This document shows positions 39,628 through 54,502 of a stretch of 64,000 bases of DNA, in pieces. Source of the DNA: the human T2T-CHM13v2.0 reference genome, Homo sapiens. The stretch is from the NCBI GenBank assembly GCA_009914755.4, contig CP086569.2, forward strand, positions 25,440,001 to 25,504,000, read 5' to 3'. The notes beneath the pieces are model-generated. The model had not been told where the DNA came from. It saw only the letters and a list, made by a program, of their open reading frames with translations, and made no database searches. Every line of letters begins with the position of its first letter. Positions within the stretch are counted from its first letter, which is position 1. The position numbers and the translations under genes were made by a program.

Positions 39628-40317
39628 ATGGAACAAAGCTGGAGGGAGAATGACTTTGATGAGTTGAGAGAAGAAGCCTTCAGACGATCAAACTACTCTG
39701 AGCTACAGGAGGAAATTCAAACCAAAGGCCAAGAAGTTAAAAACTTTGAAAAAACTTTAGATGAATGTATAACTAGAATAACCAATACAGAGAAGTGCTT
39801 AAAGGAGCTGATGGAGCTAAAAGCCAAGGCTCGAGAACTACGTGAAGAATGCAGAAGCCTCAGGAGCCGATGCGATCAACTGGAAGAAAGGGTATCAGTG
39901 ATGGAAGATGAAATGAATGAAATGAAGCGAGAAGGGAAGTTTAGAGAAAAAAGAATAAAAAGAAACGAACAAAGCCTCCAAGAAAAATGGGACTATGTGA
40001 AAACACCAAATCTACGTCTGATTGGTGTACCTGAAAGTGACGGGGAGAATAGAACCAAGTTGGAAAACACTCTGCAGGATATTATCCAGGAGAACCTCCC
40101 CAATCTAGTAAGGCAGGCCAACATTCAGATTCAGGAAATACAGAGAACACCACAAAGATACTCCTCGAGAAGAGCAACTCCAAGACACATAATTGTCAGA
40201 TTCACCAAAGTTGAAATGAAGGAAAAAATGTTAAGGGCAGCCAGAGAGAAAGGTCAGGACACCCACAAAGGGAAGCCCATCAGACTAACAGCTGACCTCT
40301 CCGCAGAAACTCTATAA
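39628..40317 (+). pseudogene. L1 ORF1 (RNA-binding protein ORF1p), truncated at codon 230 by a nonsense change (CAA to TAA in ...saetl*; intact ORF1p is ~338 aa)
   Basis: ORF-track translation MEQSWRENDFDELREEAFRRSNYSELQEEIQTKGQEVKNFEKTLDECITRITNTEKCLKELMELKAKARELREECRSLRSRCDQLEERVSVMEDEMNE... ends ...RLTADLSAETL*. The downstream sequence still encodes the ORF1 C-terminus (...cagaagagagtgggggccaatattcaacattcttaaagaaaagaattttcaacccagaatttcatatccagccaaactaagcttcataggtgaaggagaaataaaatactttacagacaagcaaatgctgagagattttgtcaccaccaggcctgccctaaaagagctcctgaaggaagcactaaaaatggaaagg...). Confidence 0.9.
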
Positions 40318-40621
40318 GCCAGAAGAGAGTGGGGGCCAATATTCAACATTCTTAAAGAAAAGAATTTTCAACCCAGAATTTCATATCCAGCCAAACTAAG
40401 CTTCATAGGTGAAGGAGAAATAAAATACTTTACAGACAAGCAAATGCTGAGAGATTTTGTCACCACCAGGCCTGCCCTAAAAGAGCTCCTGAAGGAAGCA
40501 CTAAAAATGGAAAGGCACAACCGGTACCAGCTACTGCAAAATCATGCCAAAATGTAAAGACCATTGAGACTAGGAAGAAACTGCATCAACTAACGAGCAA
40601 AATCACCAGCTAACATCATAA

Positions 40622-43482
<2,861 letters not shown>

Positions 43483-43786
43483 TAGATAGACAAAATGACA
43501 TTTTAAAAAAAGCCACACTCACTTGAGTAGACCTTCGTGTCTGCCGAGCTTGTCTGGAGCGTGCTGTCCTTAAAACTCTGCTTCCTTATCCTGTACAGGA
43601 GTCAGATAGGACCTGCAGAGAAAAAAAAAGTAATAGCAAAAGGAAGATCTTTGCTGAATATACTTGAGGAATGACAAAGTGTTTCCATGTATTGAAGAGA
43701 TTTCTACATTCTAGGAATGAACTTAAGCAAAGTCAAAGTGACAGATATGCTATCAACCATCAGCAAACATTACAGAATCCAAGTTA

Positions 43787-44515
43787 TTACAGTTGCTCCC
43801 CTTATCTGTGGTTTTGCTTTTTGTGGTTTCAGTAGCCCATGGTGAACTGTGGTCTGAAAATATTAAATGAAAACTTCCATCAATAAACAATTCATACATT
43901 TTCAATTGTGCACTGTTCTGAATAGCGTGGTGAAATTTCATGCTGTTCCATTCTGTCCCTCCGGAGATGCAAATCATGCACTGTTGTGATATCACAGTGT
44001 TTATGTTCAACTAATCCGTATTCTACTTAATAATGGCCCCAAAGTGCAAGAGTAGTGATGCTGGCATTTTGTTATAACTGTCTATTTTATTATTAGTTAT
44101 TAATATTATTGCTAATCTCTTACTGTGCCTAATTATAAATTAAACTTTAGTGTAGGTATGTATTTATAGGACAAATTGTATTTATATAGGGTTCTGTACT
44201 ATCTGTAGGTTCAATCATCCACTGGAAGTCTTGAAAGGTATCGTGCGGTGGCTCACACCTATAATCCCAGCACTTTGGGAGGCCAAGGTAGGAGGATCAC
44301 CTCAGGTCAGGAGTTCGAGACCAACCTGACCAACATGCTGGAACCCTGTCTCTATTAAAAATACAAAAATTAGCCAGGTGTGCTGGTGGGCACCCGTAAT
44401 CCCAGCTACTCAGGAGGCTGAGACAAAAGAATCACTTCAACTTGGAGGCCGAGGTTGCAGTGAGCTGAGATTGCACCACTGCACTCCAGCCTGGGTGACG
44501 AGTGAAACTAGGTCT

Positions 44516-44549
<34 letters not shown>

Positions 44550-44583
44550 AATGTATCTCCCATGGATAACGGGACTATTGTGT
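43787..44583 (+). mobile_element. MER2-type non-autonomous Tc1/mariner element (Tigger1-derived), interrupted near its 3' terminal inverted repeat by the Alu at 44246..44548. Element proper is 43787..44245 plus 44549..44583.
   Basis: The 5' end cagttgctccccttatctgtggttttgctttttgtggtttcagtagcccatggtgaactgtggtctgaaaatattaaatgaaaacttccatcaataaacaattcatacattttcaattgtgcactgttctgaatagcgtggtgaaatttcatgctgttccattctgtccctccgg...ttacttaataatggccccaaagtgcaagagtagtgatgctggca... matches the Tigger1/MER2 termini (CAGTAGTCCCCCCTTATCCGCGG...). The 3' side is ...tagggttctgtactatctgtaggttcaatcatccactggaagtcttgaaaggtatcg [Alu] gaaatgtatctcccatggataacgggactattgtg. Confidence 0.8.
44246..44548 (+). mobile_element. 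Alu SINE with long poly(A) (~29 A), inserted into the MER2 terminal repeat. TSD is gaaaggtatc / gaaatgtatc.
   Basis: tgcggtggctcacacctataatcccagcactttgggaggccaaggtaggaggatcacctcaggtcaggagttcgagaccaacctgaccaacatgctggaaccctgtctctattaaaaatacaaaaattagccaggtgtgctggtgggcacccgtaatcccagctactcaggaggctgagacaaaagaatcacttcaacttggaggccgaggttgcagtgagctgagattgcaccactgcactccagcctgggtgacgagtgaaactaggtctcaaaaaaaaaaaaaaaaaaaaaaaaaaaaa. Confidence 0.93.
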
Positions 44584-44879
44584 TTTTAAATGTATTACTG
44601 TTCACACAGAATCATGTCATCTGTAAAATGAGAATTTTATTTCTTCTTTCCCATCCTTCCAATTTTTATTTCTTTTCTTGCCTTAATGCTTTGGCTAGGA
44701 ATCTCTAGGACATGCTGAAAAGCAGTGATGATAGTAAGTTTTCATTCTCTGTAATCCTGCCATCAAAGAGAATGCTTTCAGCATTTTTTCATTAAGTGTA
44801 ATGTTTGTTGTAAGATTTATGCAGATACCACTCATCAAATTAAAGCAATTCCCTTCTATTCCTACAGAAAACAGGCTAA

Positions 44880-45815
44880 GAGGGTTTCTCGTTGTTTTTT
44901 AATCATTAGTGTATGTTGAACTTTATCACATGCTATTCTTCCCCATATATTGAGATGATTGCTTTTCTCCTTTTTTCTGTCAGGAAGGTGAATTACATTG
45001 AATAATTTTTGAATGATAAAGCAACACTGAATTCTTGGGACAAGCTCAACTTGGTCAAGATGTACCATCTTTTTATATAGATTTTTAAACATATTCACTA
45101 TTATTTAGTTTAGAATTTCTACCACATTCATGAAAGAAATTGGCTTATAATTTTCCCTTCTTGTAATATGCTGGTCAGCTTTGTGAATTAAGGTTATGTG
45201 AATTGTGAGTGTTCTCTACATGTCTATTTCTGTAAGAATTTGTGTAAGATTTGGGTTATTTCCTCCTTAAATGATTGGAAGTGTTCACTAATCAAGTCAT
45301 CTGGGTTTACAGTGTTCCTTGTGGGAAGGTTTTGTTTTTTATTTTTGAGACAGAGTCTTACTTCGTTGCCCATGCTGGAGTACAGTGGCGTGATCATAGC
45401 TGACTGTAGCCTTGATTTCCTGGACTCAGGCAATTTTCCCTCCTCAGCCTTTGCAAGTAGCTGGGACTACAGGTGCACGCCACCACACCTGGCTAACTTT
45501 TTTTTATTTTTAGTAGAGATGAGGTCTCGCTATGTTGCCTAGGCTGATCTTGAACTCCTGAGCTCAAGCGATCCTCCCACCTTGACTTCCCAGAGTGCTG
45601 GTTTATAGGTGTGAGCCACTGTGTCCAGCCCTTATGGGAAAGTTTTAAATAAAGGGTTCAATGTCTTTAATAGAGTTAGGCTTATTCAAATTTTCTGTTT
45701 TGGTAATTGTTTTTTAAGAAATTTTCCATTTTGTCTGTATTATCACATTTAGTGGCATAAAGTTGTTAATAATACCCTTAGAATACATTTGTTATTTTAA
45801 TATCTAGAGCAGTGG
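44880..45815 (-). mobile_element. Ancient L1 (L1M-type) ORF2 fragment in antisense orientation, interrupted by the Alu at 45334..45630
   Basis: ...ttatttagtttagaatttctaccacattcatgaaagaaattggcttataattttcccttcttgtaatatgctggtcagctttgtgaattaaggttatgtgaattgtgagtgttctctacatgtctatttctgtaagaatttgtgtaagatttgggttatttcctccttaaatgattggaagtgttcactaatcaagtcatctgggtttacagtgttccttgtgggaaggtttt [Alu] ...aaagggttcaatgtctttaatagagttaggcttattcaaattttctgttttggtaattgttttttaagaaattttccattttgtctgtattatcacatttagtggcataaagttgtt is a typical antisense L1 ORF2 N-terminal region. ORF 45224..45433(-) gives an L1 ORF2-like peptide. Confidence 0.7.
45334..45630 (-). mobile_element. Alu SINE (minus). TSD is gtgggaaggtttt / atgggaaagtttt.
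   Basis: ttgttttttatttttgagacagagtcttacttcgttgcccatgctggagtacagtggcgtgatcatagctgactgtagccttgatttcctggactcaggcaattttccctcctcagcctttgcaagtagctgggactacaggtgcacgccaccacacctggctaacttttttttatttttagtagagatgaggtctcgctatgttgcctaggctgatcttgaactcctgagctcaagcgatcctcccaccttgacttcccagagtgctggtttataggtgtgagccactgtgtccagccc. ORF 45198..45542(+) is Alu-derived. Confidence 0.92.
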
Positions 45816-45973
45816 CTTTCAAATTGTTTTGGTCTCAAGATCCTTTAATATTTTTTAAAATTATTGAGAACCCCAGAAAGCTTTTGTTTATATGGGGATT
45901 AATATTTATCTTACTAGAAATTAAAATTTAAAAATTAAAAAATGTATTTATTAATTTATTTAAAAATAATAGC
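45810..45973 (+). mobile_element. 5' portion of a hAT-Charlie-type DNA transposon (terminus CAGTGGcTtTCAAA...). The element continues at 50597 after a ~4.6-kb nested block of Alu plus L1M.
   Basis: cagtggctttcaaattgttttggtctcaagatcctttaatattttttaaaattattgagaaccccagaaagcttttgtttatatggggattaatatttatcttactagaaattaaaatttaaaaattaaaaaatgtatttattaatttatttaaaaataatagc. The sequence ...ataatagc is followed at 50597 by aaaataatagccctaatacattttaacatcaatatt..., which continues the same consensus (recalled as ...AAAAATAACAATAAACCCATTACATGTTAACAT...). Confidence 0.6.
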
Positions 45974-46312
<339 letters not shown>

Positions 46313-48429
46313 TCAGCAGGATGGCCAAATTGAGTTACCTAAAGCCCATCCTCTCCACAAAAAGGGACCAAAACAATGAATAAACAACGATATTTCAATT
46401 AAAATGACCAAAGAAGTACTCGGGAGAGCACCAGGGGAACAGCAAAATCCCTGTGGAAGACAAAAGCCCAGGGCAGCACCATAGAGAGGGGAGCAAGGTA
46501 TTCTGCTTCTGCCACACTGTCTCCCCTACCAGGATCAGCCTGGAGCCAGAGGGGGCTTCTTAAGGGAAAAACGTAAGCTGGAGATCACCAGTGATCCCCA
46601 TTGCTACCATAAATGCCAGAAATTCTTGCTATAGGAGAGTCCCTCTGTCCTCAAAGGCCCTGAATCCAGTTTGGAGAGTAGAGTTCATACAGTTAACTTT
46701 GCCTAGAGTAGGAGCTCACCTTGAGCACCCCCTGCCCCCCACCCTCACATCCTAAGCTGCTGCTACTCAGTATCATCTTGAAACTGGACCTACTACTAGA
46801 ATGTGCCCTTCCCTGTAGTCCGGTACAAGAATGGACTTTCTCCATTCATGTAGCCCTGCCATCACTCTACCATGTTCACACAGGCGCCTGTAGCACTACA
46901 ATCCTAGCTGCCTGAAGCCTAGTCAGATGCAACAACTGAGACCTCTGCACTTGAACCCATGTGGTACAATACCCTCCCAACCCCAGGAACAGCCAAACCT
47001 GCACATGGGGGAAACTGCCTAACTGCTGGCCAGTCCCCTCACCGGTACATACCTGCACTGCACAGCTAGCTTGCCAGCTGAACCTATGCACACCCACATC
47101 CAGCCCAACAACCAGTTCTACCGTGGTTCCACCCCTCAGACCGCTGCAGAACCACCCAGCCCTGCTGTGGCCACACACCACTGTGCCTGACAGCCAGTTT
47201 AGCAGCAGCCCTGCCCCAAAGACAGATCACTGCAGGGTTGTGTGGCCCTGCTGTACCCATGCTTGGCCTGATAGTTGGTCAAGCAGCAGCGCTGTACCCC
47301 TGGATTTCTCAGGAGAAACCTTGTAGGCCAGGAGAGAATGAGATAATACATTCAAAGTGTTTGGGGGAAAAAAACAAACCTGTCAGCCAAGACTACTATA
47401 TCCAGCAGAGCTATCATCCACCAATGAAGGAAAAATAAAGACCTTCGCAGACAAGCAAAAGCTGAGAAAAAACCATCACCACTAGACTAGCCTTACAAGA
47501 AATACTTAAGAGAATGGTATAACTGGAAATAAAAGATTATAATTATTTTCATGAAAAGATGTAAAAGTATAAAACTCACCAATAGAGGTAAGTTCATAAA
47601 TCAAATTCAGACTAGCCCAGTGATTTAATGGTGCTATGTAAGTCTCTCAGTCCTCTAGTATGAAGGTTTAAAGTCAAAATGGTCAAAACTCCTGACAGTT
47701 ACAATTAGTAGCTAAGGAACACAATCACAGGTAAAAAAGTAATTACAGAAACAAAAAAGAGAAGTCTAGAGCATTTTAATGCAACCAAAGTTAAGTTGCT
47801 ATCAGCTTAAAACATTCTACTATAAGACGTTTAATGTTAGCCCCATGGTAGCCACAAAGAAAGAAAGAAATTACTGCAGAGGCACAAACAAGAAAGAGAA
47901 AGGAAACAAAGCTCAGTACTACAGAAAACCACCAAACCACAGAAGTAAATAAAAGAGGAAGAAAGGAACGAAGGATCTATAAAACCACCAGAAAAAAAAT
48001 TAACAAAATGGGAGGAGTAAGATCTTCTTTATCAATAATAAGCTTAAATATAAATGGATTAAATTATCCAATTAAAAGATACAGAGTGGCTGAATGGATT
48101 AAAAACAAGACCCAACCATATACTGCCTAAAACAGACTCACCTAACCATTAAAGACAAACATAGACTAAAAGTAAAGGGAGGGAAAAAGATATTCCATGC
48201 AAATGGAAACCAAGTGAGCAGGAGTAACCATGTCAGATAAAACAGACTTTAAGTCAAAAACTGTAAAAGAGGACAAAGAAAGTCATTAGACATTGATAAA
48301 GGGTACAATTAAGCAAGAGGATATAAAAACTATAAATACATACATCCATCCAAGACCAGAGCACACAGATATATAAAGCAAATATTATTAGAGGTAAAGG
48401 GAGAGATAGACTGTAATACTATAACAGTA

Positions 48430-48720
48430 GGTGTCAAATGTAGTGAACTACAAGTTTCTCTTCAAGGAATCAGTATGCCAGTATATTGAGCTCTCTTATT
48501 CTCTATTCTCCATTTTAAAGCTTAACTTCCTGGTTCTCTTCGCCCTCTTGCCTCTAGCTTCAGTACACAACCCCCTCCTAGCCTCTATCACCTGCTCTGT
48601 CCTGAGTCACCCCTGGTCGCCTGCTCTGACCTGAGTCATCCTGAGTCACCTGTTCTGTAACCGTCGTTCCTGCCAAACTACTCACTGGGATTTTGGGTGC
48701 AGACTTCCTCTGTTCCCTCT
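48430..48720 (+). repeat. Unclassified repeat fragment (LTR-like) inside the L1M. It contains ~25-bp tandem sub-repeats, each carrying a consensus TGAGTCA (AP-1/TRE) motif, at 48603, 48632 and 48642.
   Basis: ...cctctagcttcagtacacaaccccctcctagcctctatcacctgctctgtcctgagtcacccctggtcgcctgctctgacctgagtcatcctgagtcacctgttctgtaaccgtcgttcctgccaaactactcactgggattttgggtgcagacttcctctgttccc. It has no similarity to the L1 consensus on either side. The LTR identity is a guess. Confidence 0.4.
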
Positions 48721-48835
48721 GTCAGTCTTTCTCTCTTTTTTCATATACTTTTTGGGTTTCTCTTAGAAGCTCTTCCATAGGTTTGTCTTTCCAGTTCTCT
48801 ATCTTTTGTAATTTCTTGTTAATATCTTAGCCAAG

Positions 48836-48899
48836 ATTGCACCTACTGCATTCTGGCCTGGGCAACAGAGCAAGACTCCATGTCAAAAAAAAAAAAAAA
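48836..48899 (+). mobile_element. Alu 3' end fragment (~50 bp plus poly(A))
   Basis: aagattgcacctactgcattctggcctgggcaacagagcaagactccatgtcaaaaaaaaaaaaaaagg. Confidence 0.8.
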
Positions 48900-50596
48900 G
48901 GTGTTCTTCATAAAAATAAAACAAAATCCTAAAATTCATATGAAACCAGAAAAAAAAAAAGAACAGCCAAAGCAATTCTGAGTGGAAAGCTGGAAGCATC
49001 ACACTACATAACTTAAAAATATACTACAAACGTATAATAACAAAAACAGAATAGTACTGGCATAAAAACAGACACATAGACCAATGGAACAGAATAGAAA
49101 GCCCAGAAATAAATTGACATACCTAAAGCCAACTGATTTTTGACAAAGGTGCCACGAACACACATTAGGGGAGAAACTGTTTCTTCAATAAATGCTGCTG
49201 GGAAAGTGGGACATCAACATGCAGAAGAATGAGAGTAAATCCCTACCTCTCACCACATACAAGAATCAATTCAAAGTAGATTAGAGACTTAACATGGAAA
49301 CCCAAAACTGTGGAACTACCTAGAATATAACATAGGAGAAATGCTTCATGACATTGGGCTAAGCTAGGATATTTTAAATAAGACTTCAAAAGCATAGAAA
49401 ACAAAAGCAAAAATGGACAAATGAGATTGCAACAAACTAAAATGCTTTTCCATAGCAAAGGAAACTATTAAACAGAGTAAACAGACAACCTAAAGGATGG
49501 GAAAGAAAACTTGCAAACTATACATCTGACAAGGAGTTAATATCCAGAATATATACGGGACTTAGCAGCAAACAAAACAAAAAAACAAAAACCTGATTTT
49601 AAAAATGGGCAAAATACCTTAACAGACATTTACTTCTCAAAAGAAGTCATACAAATGGCTAATGAATATATGAAAAAATGGTCAACATCACAAACCATCA
49701 GGGAAATGAAAATCAAAACCACAATAGGTACCATTTCACACGACTTAGAATGACCATTATCAAAAAGACAAAAGAAAACCAGTCTTGGCAGGGATGTGAA
49801 GAAAAGGGGAACACTTACATAAGTTGGTGGGACTGTAAGCTAGTACAGCCATTGTGGAAAACAGTATGGAGGTTCCTTTAAAACTTAAAAATAGAACTAC
49901 CATATGATTCAGCAATCCCACTACTGTGTACACATCTACAGGAAAGGAAATTAGTATATTGAAGAGTTATCTGCATTACCTGTTTATGGCAGCACTATTT
50001 ACATTAACAAAAATATGAAACTGAGTCCTCAAAAATGGAAGAATGGGTAAAGAAAATGTTTATATCCAGAATGGAACAGTATCCATCCATTAAAAAGAAG
50101 AACAAAATCTTGTCATTTGCAACAACACAGATGAACCTGGAGAATATCAGGTTAAGTGAAATAAGCCAGACACAGAAAAAAAAATACTGCATGATCTCAC
50201 TAATATGTGCAATCTAAAAAAAGGTGGGGGCAGTTGATATCATAAAATCAGAGAGTAGAACAGTGGTTACAAGAGACTGGGGAGGGAAGAGGTGAGAGAA
50301 GGATGGGGAGAGGTTGGTTTATGGTTCAAAGTTATAATTAGACAGAGGGAATAAATTCTGATGTTCTATTGCAGAGTAAGGTGACTATGGTTAAAAGCAA
50401 AATATTGTATATTACAAAATAGGTAAAACAGTTGCTTTTGAATGTTCTTACCACAAGGAAATGATAAATGCATGGATGATGAATATACTAACTACTCTGA
50501 TTAGATCATTATACAACATAGATATGCATCGAAACATCAAACTGTACCTCCATAAATATGTAGTTATGTGTCAAATAAATTTTAAAATAAAAAAGA

Positions 50597-51700
50597 AAAT
50601 AATAGCCCTAATACATTTTAACATCAATATTATTTTTTATTAAAAAAACTATATCTTCCAAAACAAAAAATTAGAAGAGTGGCATTGTTTTACATTTTCA
50701 TAAATTTCTTTAATGTTGGTTTAATAGAAGACAGTGGGATCCTCTTATCTCTTTATGCAGTCAATATATTGTTTTGGTTAAAATATATAAAGACTAGTCT
50801 TTCACAAATACATAGTTGGAAAAGCGAGGAGTATTGTGATAGCTTTCTCAGATAATTGGGAGATATTTTTCTTTGATGCTACACCAACACAAGTGGTGGT
50901 TAATTACAATGTATACTCTAAAACAGGGGTCCCCAACTCCCGGGCTGCAGAACAGGACTGATCTGTGGCCTGTTAGGAACCACGCTGTACAGCAGGAGGT
51001 GAGCGAGTGAGCATTGATGCCTGAGCTCTGCCCTCTGTCAGATCAGCCACGGCATTAGATTCTCATAGGGACGTGAACCCTATTGTGAGCTGCCCATGCC
51101 AGGAATCTAGGTTGTGCATGCCTTATGAGAATCTAACTAATGCCTGATGATCTGCAGAACAGTTTTACCCAAAACCATCACCGTCCCCCACACCCCATGC
51201 CTCCACCAGTCTGTGGAAAAATTGTCTTCCACAAAACCAGTCCCTGGTGCCAAAAAGGTTGGAGAACACTGCTCTAAAATATATTAATAGATTTTTCATA
51301 TTCTGTTACATTGAAATCCTTTGGTCTATCTTATACTTTCAAAGAATCTTCTTATTCATGCATGATTTTGTAACATATCTTTATAAGTCATTTGTAAAAT
51401 ATTGGTGCATTTGTAAAATATTGCTACATTAAGCAGATCTTCCCAATATTGACATACTACATTATATAATAATAGTAAAAATAAATTATTTAATATCACC
51501 TTTGATCTTAGAACAGTCTTTAAGTATTGGGAAGCTGTCAGTAATATTACTCATGGTGGCATATAAGTTTTCTAAAATTCTAATTTCTGCTTGAAAGTTT
51601 AAATTTTTAATTGGCAACAAATACTCAACGGCTTGACTCTATTTTCAAGAAAATGTCTGCCAAATTACTCAGGTGTGAATAACCATTGTTTGACCATCAG
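50597..51700 (+). mobile_element. Continuation of the Charlie-type DNA transposon begun at 45810 (internal region). It hosts a nested MITE at 50924..51271. The 3' boundary is uncertain because no clear 3' terminus was found.
   Basis: aaaataatagccctaatacattttaacatcaatattattttttattaaaaaaactatatcttccaaaacaaaaaattagaagagtggcattgttttacattttcataaatttctttaatgttggtttaatagaagacagtgggatcctcttatctctttatgcagtcaatatattgttttggttaaaatatataaagactagtctttcacaaatacatagttggaaaagcgaggagtattgtgatagctttctcagataattgggagatatttttctttgatgctacaccaacacaagtggtggtt matches the recalled Charlie consensus (...AAAATTAGTGAGAAGAGTGGCATTGTTTTACATTTTTGCAAATCTCTTTAATGTCTGGCTTAATAGAAGACAGCTGGATTCTCATATCTGC...TTGGAAAAGGGAGAGTATTTTAATAGCCTTTTCAGATAATTGTGGATATTCTTCTTTGATACTACACCAA...). 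Confidence 0.55.
50924..51271 (-). mobile_element. Palindromic MITE of hAT type (termini CAGGGGTCCCCAAC...). It is flanked by an exact 8-bp TSD ctctaaaa (50916..50923 and 51272..51279), the hAT hallmark.
   Basis: caggggtccccaactcccgggctgcagaacaggactgatctgtggcctgttaggaaccacgctgtacagcaggaggtgagcgagtgagcattgatgcctgagctctgccctctgtcagatcagccacggcattagattctcatagggacgtgaaccctattgtgagctgcccatgccaggaatctaggttgtgcatgccttatgagaatctaactaatgcctgatgatctgcag...ccagtccctggtgccaaaaaggttggagaacactg. The two halves are reverse complements of each other (catcaggcattagattctcataagg / ccttatgagaatctaactaatgcctgatg). The flanks read gtatactctaaaa|cagggg and acactg|ctctaaaatat. Confidence 0.75.
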
Positions 51701-52279
51701 TAATGCTTTGAAGTAAAAAACGGTGTTCTGTGAAAAATCAAGCTAGTTTCTGCCCTCTCTTGGGACTCCAATCATTTATGTTAGACCTTACTGGCCATGT
51801 TCTACTGATTTATCATGCTTTTTCTGCATTTTGCATCCTTTTATCTCTCTGTGCTTCATTCTGGATATTTTCCACTGTCCAACCTTTCAGTTCACTATCA
51901 TTTCTTTATCTGGTCTACTACTGCAAACTCACCAACTGAGTTTCTTGATTTCAGTGATTTTTTGTTTCTAGAATTTCCACTTGATTGTTTTTAACAGATT
52001 GCAGTTCTCTGGTGAAAATCTCTACTTCTTATCTACTTCCTGGAACATATTAATCACAATGATTTTAAAGTCCATGTCTGATAATATCAGTATCTGGACC
52101 TGTTCCTATTGTCTATTTTTTCTTTTGGTCTTTTGGTAACTCTTATTTCTTGGTATGTATGCTAATTTTTAAATTAACATCAGGCGTATTTAATAAAAAA
52201 ACGTAGTGAGTGATAACTCATGACTGTTGTTGCTACCCTTCAGAGAGAATATTTTTTCCCCCTGGCAGTTAGGCTAAGG

Positions 52280-52462
52280 AAGTGGTTCTTAAACTTTCAC
52301 TTGTATCAGAACCACTTTGAGGGCTTATGCAATACAAATTTCTGAGTACCACACCAACAGAGGTCCTGATTCAGCAGGTCTGGTGTAGGGGTCTGAGAAT
52401 CTGCATTTCTAATAAGTTCAGATGACACTGCTGGTCTGGGGACCACACTTTAAGAAACAAGA
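52280..52462 (-). mobile_element. Short hAT-Charlie-type MITE (MER5-like; termini CAGTGGTTCTCAAAGTGTGGTCCCC...AAAGTTTGAGAACCACTG), ~185 bp, minus orientation
   Basis: The reverse complement of the window reads cttgtttcttaaagtgtggtccccagaccagcagtgtcatctgaacttattagaaatgcagattctcagacccctacaccagacctgctgaatcaggacctctgttggtgtggtactcagaaatttgtattgcataagccctcaaagtggttctgatacaagtgaaagtttaagaaccacttc, which matches that consensus closely. Confidence 0.7.
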
Positions 52463-53867
52463 GACTAAGGAAAAGTACCTTAATCCACTTTGATACTGAG
52501 CTGGTTGGAAGCTAGGCTTCAGTCTTTTCAAGGGCTGGTCTATTTCTGGTAAGTCCTTAGAATGTAGCCCTTCAGTGGTTCTAAATCAAAGTCTGGGGTA
52601 TCTGCTAGGCTCTCTTTCTGAACTCCAATCATTCCCTGAGTCCCATGAGACTACCAAAATCTTGTTCAGTTTCTCAGGCTCATAGCCACTGCTTTACTAA
52701 TCAGCAAATACCTCAAGGGGAAAAGTAGAGCCAAATGTTGGGTTTACCCTTTTAAGGTTTCCTTCTCTCCAGGATCTTGATCCCTCAAGTTCTCACTTGC
52801 TTCGTAACTCTCAAGTACCTTCAAAAACTTTTTTCTTATATTTATCCAGCTTTTTCTAGTTATTCTCAGTGGGAGATTTTACATAAACAAAATATGCCAC
52901 AGACTGAAGCAGAAGTACCCAACCAGGCAATGTTTTTAATACTCATATTTTTTCCCTCAAGGTAAATTAGTAAATTGGAATTCCAATACATGTGTCAATA
53001 TACTGTAGTTTGGTAGGTTTGCATATTTCCTTAATATATTCCTCTCCTCTGAGTGAACTAAAAAAATTAAGTCCCAAAACTAAAGCTGTAGTCCAGATAC
53101 TGGAATTGGTGAGAACTAACTTCCCATGAAGTTCTGTCTAGATTACCAGCAAACCTACTCATATGTTATTTCTACCTGCAAAACATACAGTATCACTATT
53201 TTACTGAATTCTTGATCTTTATCTCTTCTTTGCATACAGTACAGAAGGCACAGTGAAAGAAAAAGGGCTCAAGCTCCCTTATCCTACTGTCTACTCTAGA
53301 GAGTTTTTTTGAATGAGAGAAACAGAGCTCATAAAAACCTGGTAGGTAAGATCAGGAATATTTTACTTGACTTGGAATCTTAAATATTTGAAATCACACA
53401 TGTGAAATCACATTACTTTTTTGCCAGGGGGAAAAAACAGGCAAAAATATGAAAATAAAAATCAACTAAAATTCTACCACATGGAGATAATCTCATTTTT
53501 ATTTTACTGCATATAAGTCCAGATTGTATGTAAATATATAGTATACAAACTATATATAGTTTTTTATAAACCATAAAACTATAAAAACTATATACTATGA
53601 ATATCACACATATTACTCTGTAGCCTGTGTCAATATATGAGAGTTTTATTATTTAAGAAAAAATATATAAAAACAAAACCCATAAATTCCAGTACTTGAA
53701 CTGTAAATGTTTTTGAAGGAACATTTTCATTTATTTTTCTTTATCTCAGATGGGCATTCGAAAGATCAGAGAAGTAACGTGCCTAACTTATAGCTGCGTT
53801 GAGGACATACTATACTACGTTTTCATTAGAGACTAAGTCCTTCTGTAACACTTTCTAAAATCTAGAC

Positions 53868-54041
53868 CAGCTGGTCAGCAAACTATGACCTTGGGCCAAA
53901 TCTGGCCTGCAACATTTTTGTAAATAAAGTTTTATTGGAATCACAGAGAAGAGTTTAGTAACTGCAACAGAGACAACATGGCCTGCAAAGGCCAAAATAA
54001 TCACTATCTGACCCTTTATAGAAAAATATTGCTGACCCCTA
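53868..54041. mobile_element. Copy 2 of the CAGrGGyCAGCAAAcT-type MITE, internally deleted (~175 bp)
   Basis: cagctggtcagcaaactatgaccttgggccaaatctggcctgcaacatttttgtaaataaagttttattggaatcacagagaagagtttagtaactgcaacagagacaacatggcctgcaaaggccaaaataatcactatctgaccctttatagaaaaatattgctgaccccta has the same terminal inverted repeats and internal tgtaaataaagttttattgga core as 18141..18369. Confidence 0.6.
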
Positions 54042-54502
54042 TGTAGAGCAAGCCCTCACTCCAAACTCCTTGATTTTTCTGAGAAGCATTGCAGCCATCC
54101 ATGAATCTGAATGCTACAGGATTCTTCATTGCTATTCAAAGAAGACAGATATAGTCTCACAAAACAGAAATAAAAATAATGGAAGCCATGGCTTCTCATC
54201 TATCCCCTTGCCTCCTGCATCTGGAAAAAACTAGGCTAACACTCACAGTTTAGTAGCATGGGAAGGAATTCAGATGCCAAAGTCCTCTTATTACCATCTC
54301 TATCTATTATGTTTCCTAGAGGGCAGGAAGAATTTTTCTTTGTATTTGTTATGATATTGAGATTACACAATCAGTGGCATTCAAATAATTGATTACAGAG
54401 AATTAAGCATGACTTCACAGATATACTTTGTACTTTGTCTCTAAAGTTTATACTGCCCCTTCGCACACTATAAATGGACAAATTCTGCCTCAAGAAGTTG
54501 TT

